Positions 62,581 to 64,000 of a stretch of DNA of 64,000 nucleotides are shown here, in pieces (position 1 is the first letter of the stretch; each line of letters begins with the position of its first letter). The stretch spans positions 1,860,001-1,924,000 of the forward strand of contig JAYWIR010000020.1 of NCBI GenBank assembly GCA_036172245.1, read 5' to 3'. The notes beneath the pieces are model-generated. The model worked only from the letters and a program-made list of their open reading frames with translations. It searched no databases and was not told the DNA's origin. The stretch is from Raillietiella orientalis. Its lineage: Eukaryota. The position numbers were made by a program, and so were the translations under genes.

Positions 62581-64000
62581 CAAATTCCATGGGTTACGAT
62601 CCCCTGCTTGAATGACACGCAGAACTCTTATCTGGAACATTCGACCCCAGGTTTCAACGCATCAGAGACAAACTGTTCAGGATTTTCCTTTTCAAATATT
62701 TTGAGTGTTTTGGTCGATGCTCTGCTAGTCTGGCTCTTCACTGACTCAGTATTTTTGTAAGAAATCGCCGATGGACTGCTTATTTCTTGGTGCTTCAAAA
62801 TGAAACGAGGACTCTTGGAACAAAAGAAAAATACCGTTTCGACATCCTTCCAAGAACAAACCCATTCTTCCTGGATGGATTAAGTCGTTTGCAGTTTAAT
62901 CTGCATATAGGTGTCATGATTCTATATGCAGATCAAATCCTATATGCTCGGCGAGCATTCTGAATTTCATTTTGCTTCTCTTCACTCTAGGGATCCAAAG
63001 GAAAGGCAAAATCGTCATGGATGATGTACAGTACATGTGCATTTTCATCTAAGCTGATGTTGTACAAAACCTCTTGTTCGTCGACTTCTTGATCTTTTCA
63101 CTCCTTAACCCAACCTTCATTGCTTAAGTACTTTCCTCTATTAGAATCACCAGACAGACTATTAGATCACCACGTCTTTATTACGTTCATTCGGGCAGGA
63201 TTTTCTTCGGTCAGTTTCTTTGGACACATGCGGCACATTGTGCCGCGTTGTTGGTTTCCCGAGTTCGAAAGTTTGGGAAGACATCCTCTGCATGCAATCG
63301 ACCTGAAGGCTTTTTCTTACTCGCCTTCACTCTATGTATGGCATCAACGGTTCTGCCACTACTTACTCCCTGCATTTGCAGAAGGACGGTCTTCCTACCG
63401 GCTCCAGATCATACCTCTCCCTGAGGAAAAAAACTGCAAGCGCAGCTTGTGATTGTAGGGAAAAAAAATAGGCCATCGTTCTCTGTTTCGAGGTACCACT
63501 TTGGTTTTCTGGATCCAACTCTGAGTTCTCGGCTGGAGGTATCGACTGAGTGGGCCGCGCGAACGAAACGTGTAACTTTAGTGCCGATCTGTTCACGTGG
63601 TAGTTTAATTTCTGTGCCCAGACATTTTCACGCTTTCCACGTCTTTGACCTCTTCGTCGATTCCTGAGGCTTTGAACGAATCGTTTTCCGTTATCGAAAT
63701 GCAGCAGCCAGACAATCCGTCGATGGAGCGCACCACGGGGAGAACTGAAAAATCCATTCGGCTAAATCGCCCTCTGCAGCGTGTTCCCTCACCCCTACCC
63801 TCATTGCAGGTTACACTGTGATTTCGAAGTGATGCGAGGTTTCTTCGTTAACGGATTCAACCCACGAAGACGGCTCCGAAAGTCGGACCATCGAGCTATG
63901 AGACATTCCCTCGAGAGCATGGGGAGACCACGGAAAGATTGAGTTTCCGAATTTGCAAAGCAGCAAGGCTCTTCGATAGGGAATCACATTAGCCTTTCTC

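Overview
Eukaryotic (metazoan, probably arthropod-like) genomic DNA with three compositional domains; GC values are estimates by eye. (1) About 1-27.5 kb is very GC- and CpG-rich (roughly 65-70% GC), and I found no supportable protein-coding gene there; its many long ORFs look like GC artefacts. It holds a ~500-bp inverted repeat, a 34-bp hairpin, six perfect CRE palindromes, an enhancer-like AT-rich island, a compound (TA)/(CA) microsatellite and several copies of a tRNA-derived SINE-like family. (2) About 27.5-37 kb has intermediate GC and contains decayed retroelement sequence. (3) About 37-58 kb is AT-rich and carries three intact intron-containing housekeeping genes that I spliced by hand: UTP4/cirhin (minus, 11 exons, 649 aa), an Angel-family EEP phosphatase (plus, 7 exons, 472 aa) and a mitochondrial glutamate carrier of the SLC25A22/GC1 type (minus, 8 exons, 317 aa). 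Most of their introns are only 40-52 nt and their gene bodies are CpG-depleted. The right end holds a pair of adjacent hairpins (56.7 kb), a mariner transposase fossil (59.1-59.6 kb) and a decayed non-LTR retrotransposon. I cannot demonstrate a new biological system. The best leads are the CRE-dense GC domain, the hairpins, the dimeric SINE family and the micro-intron architecture.
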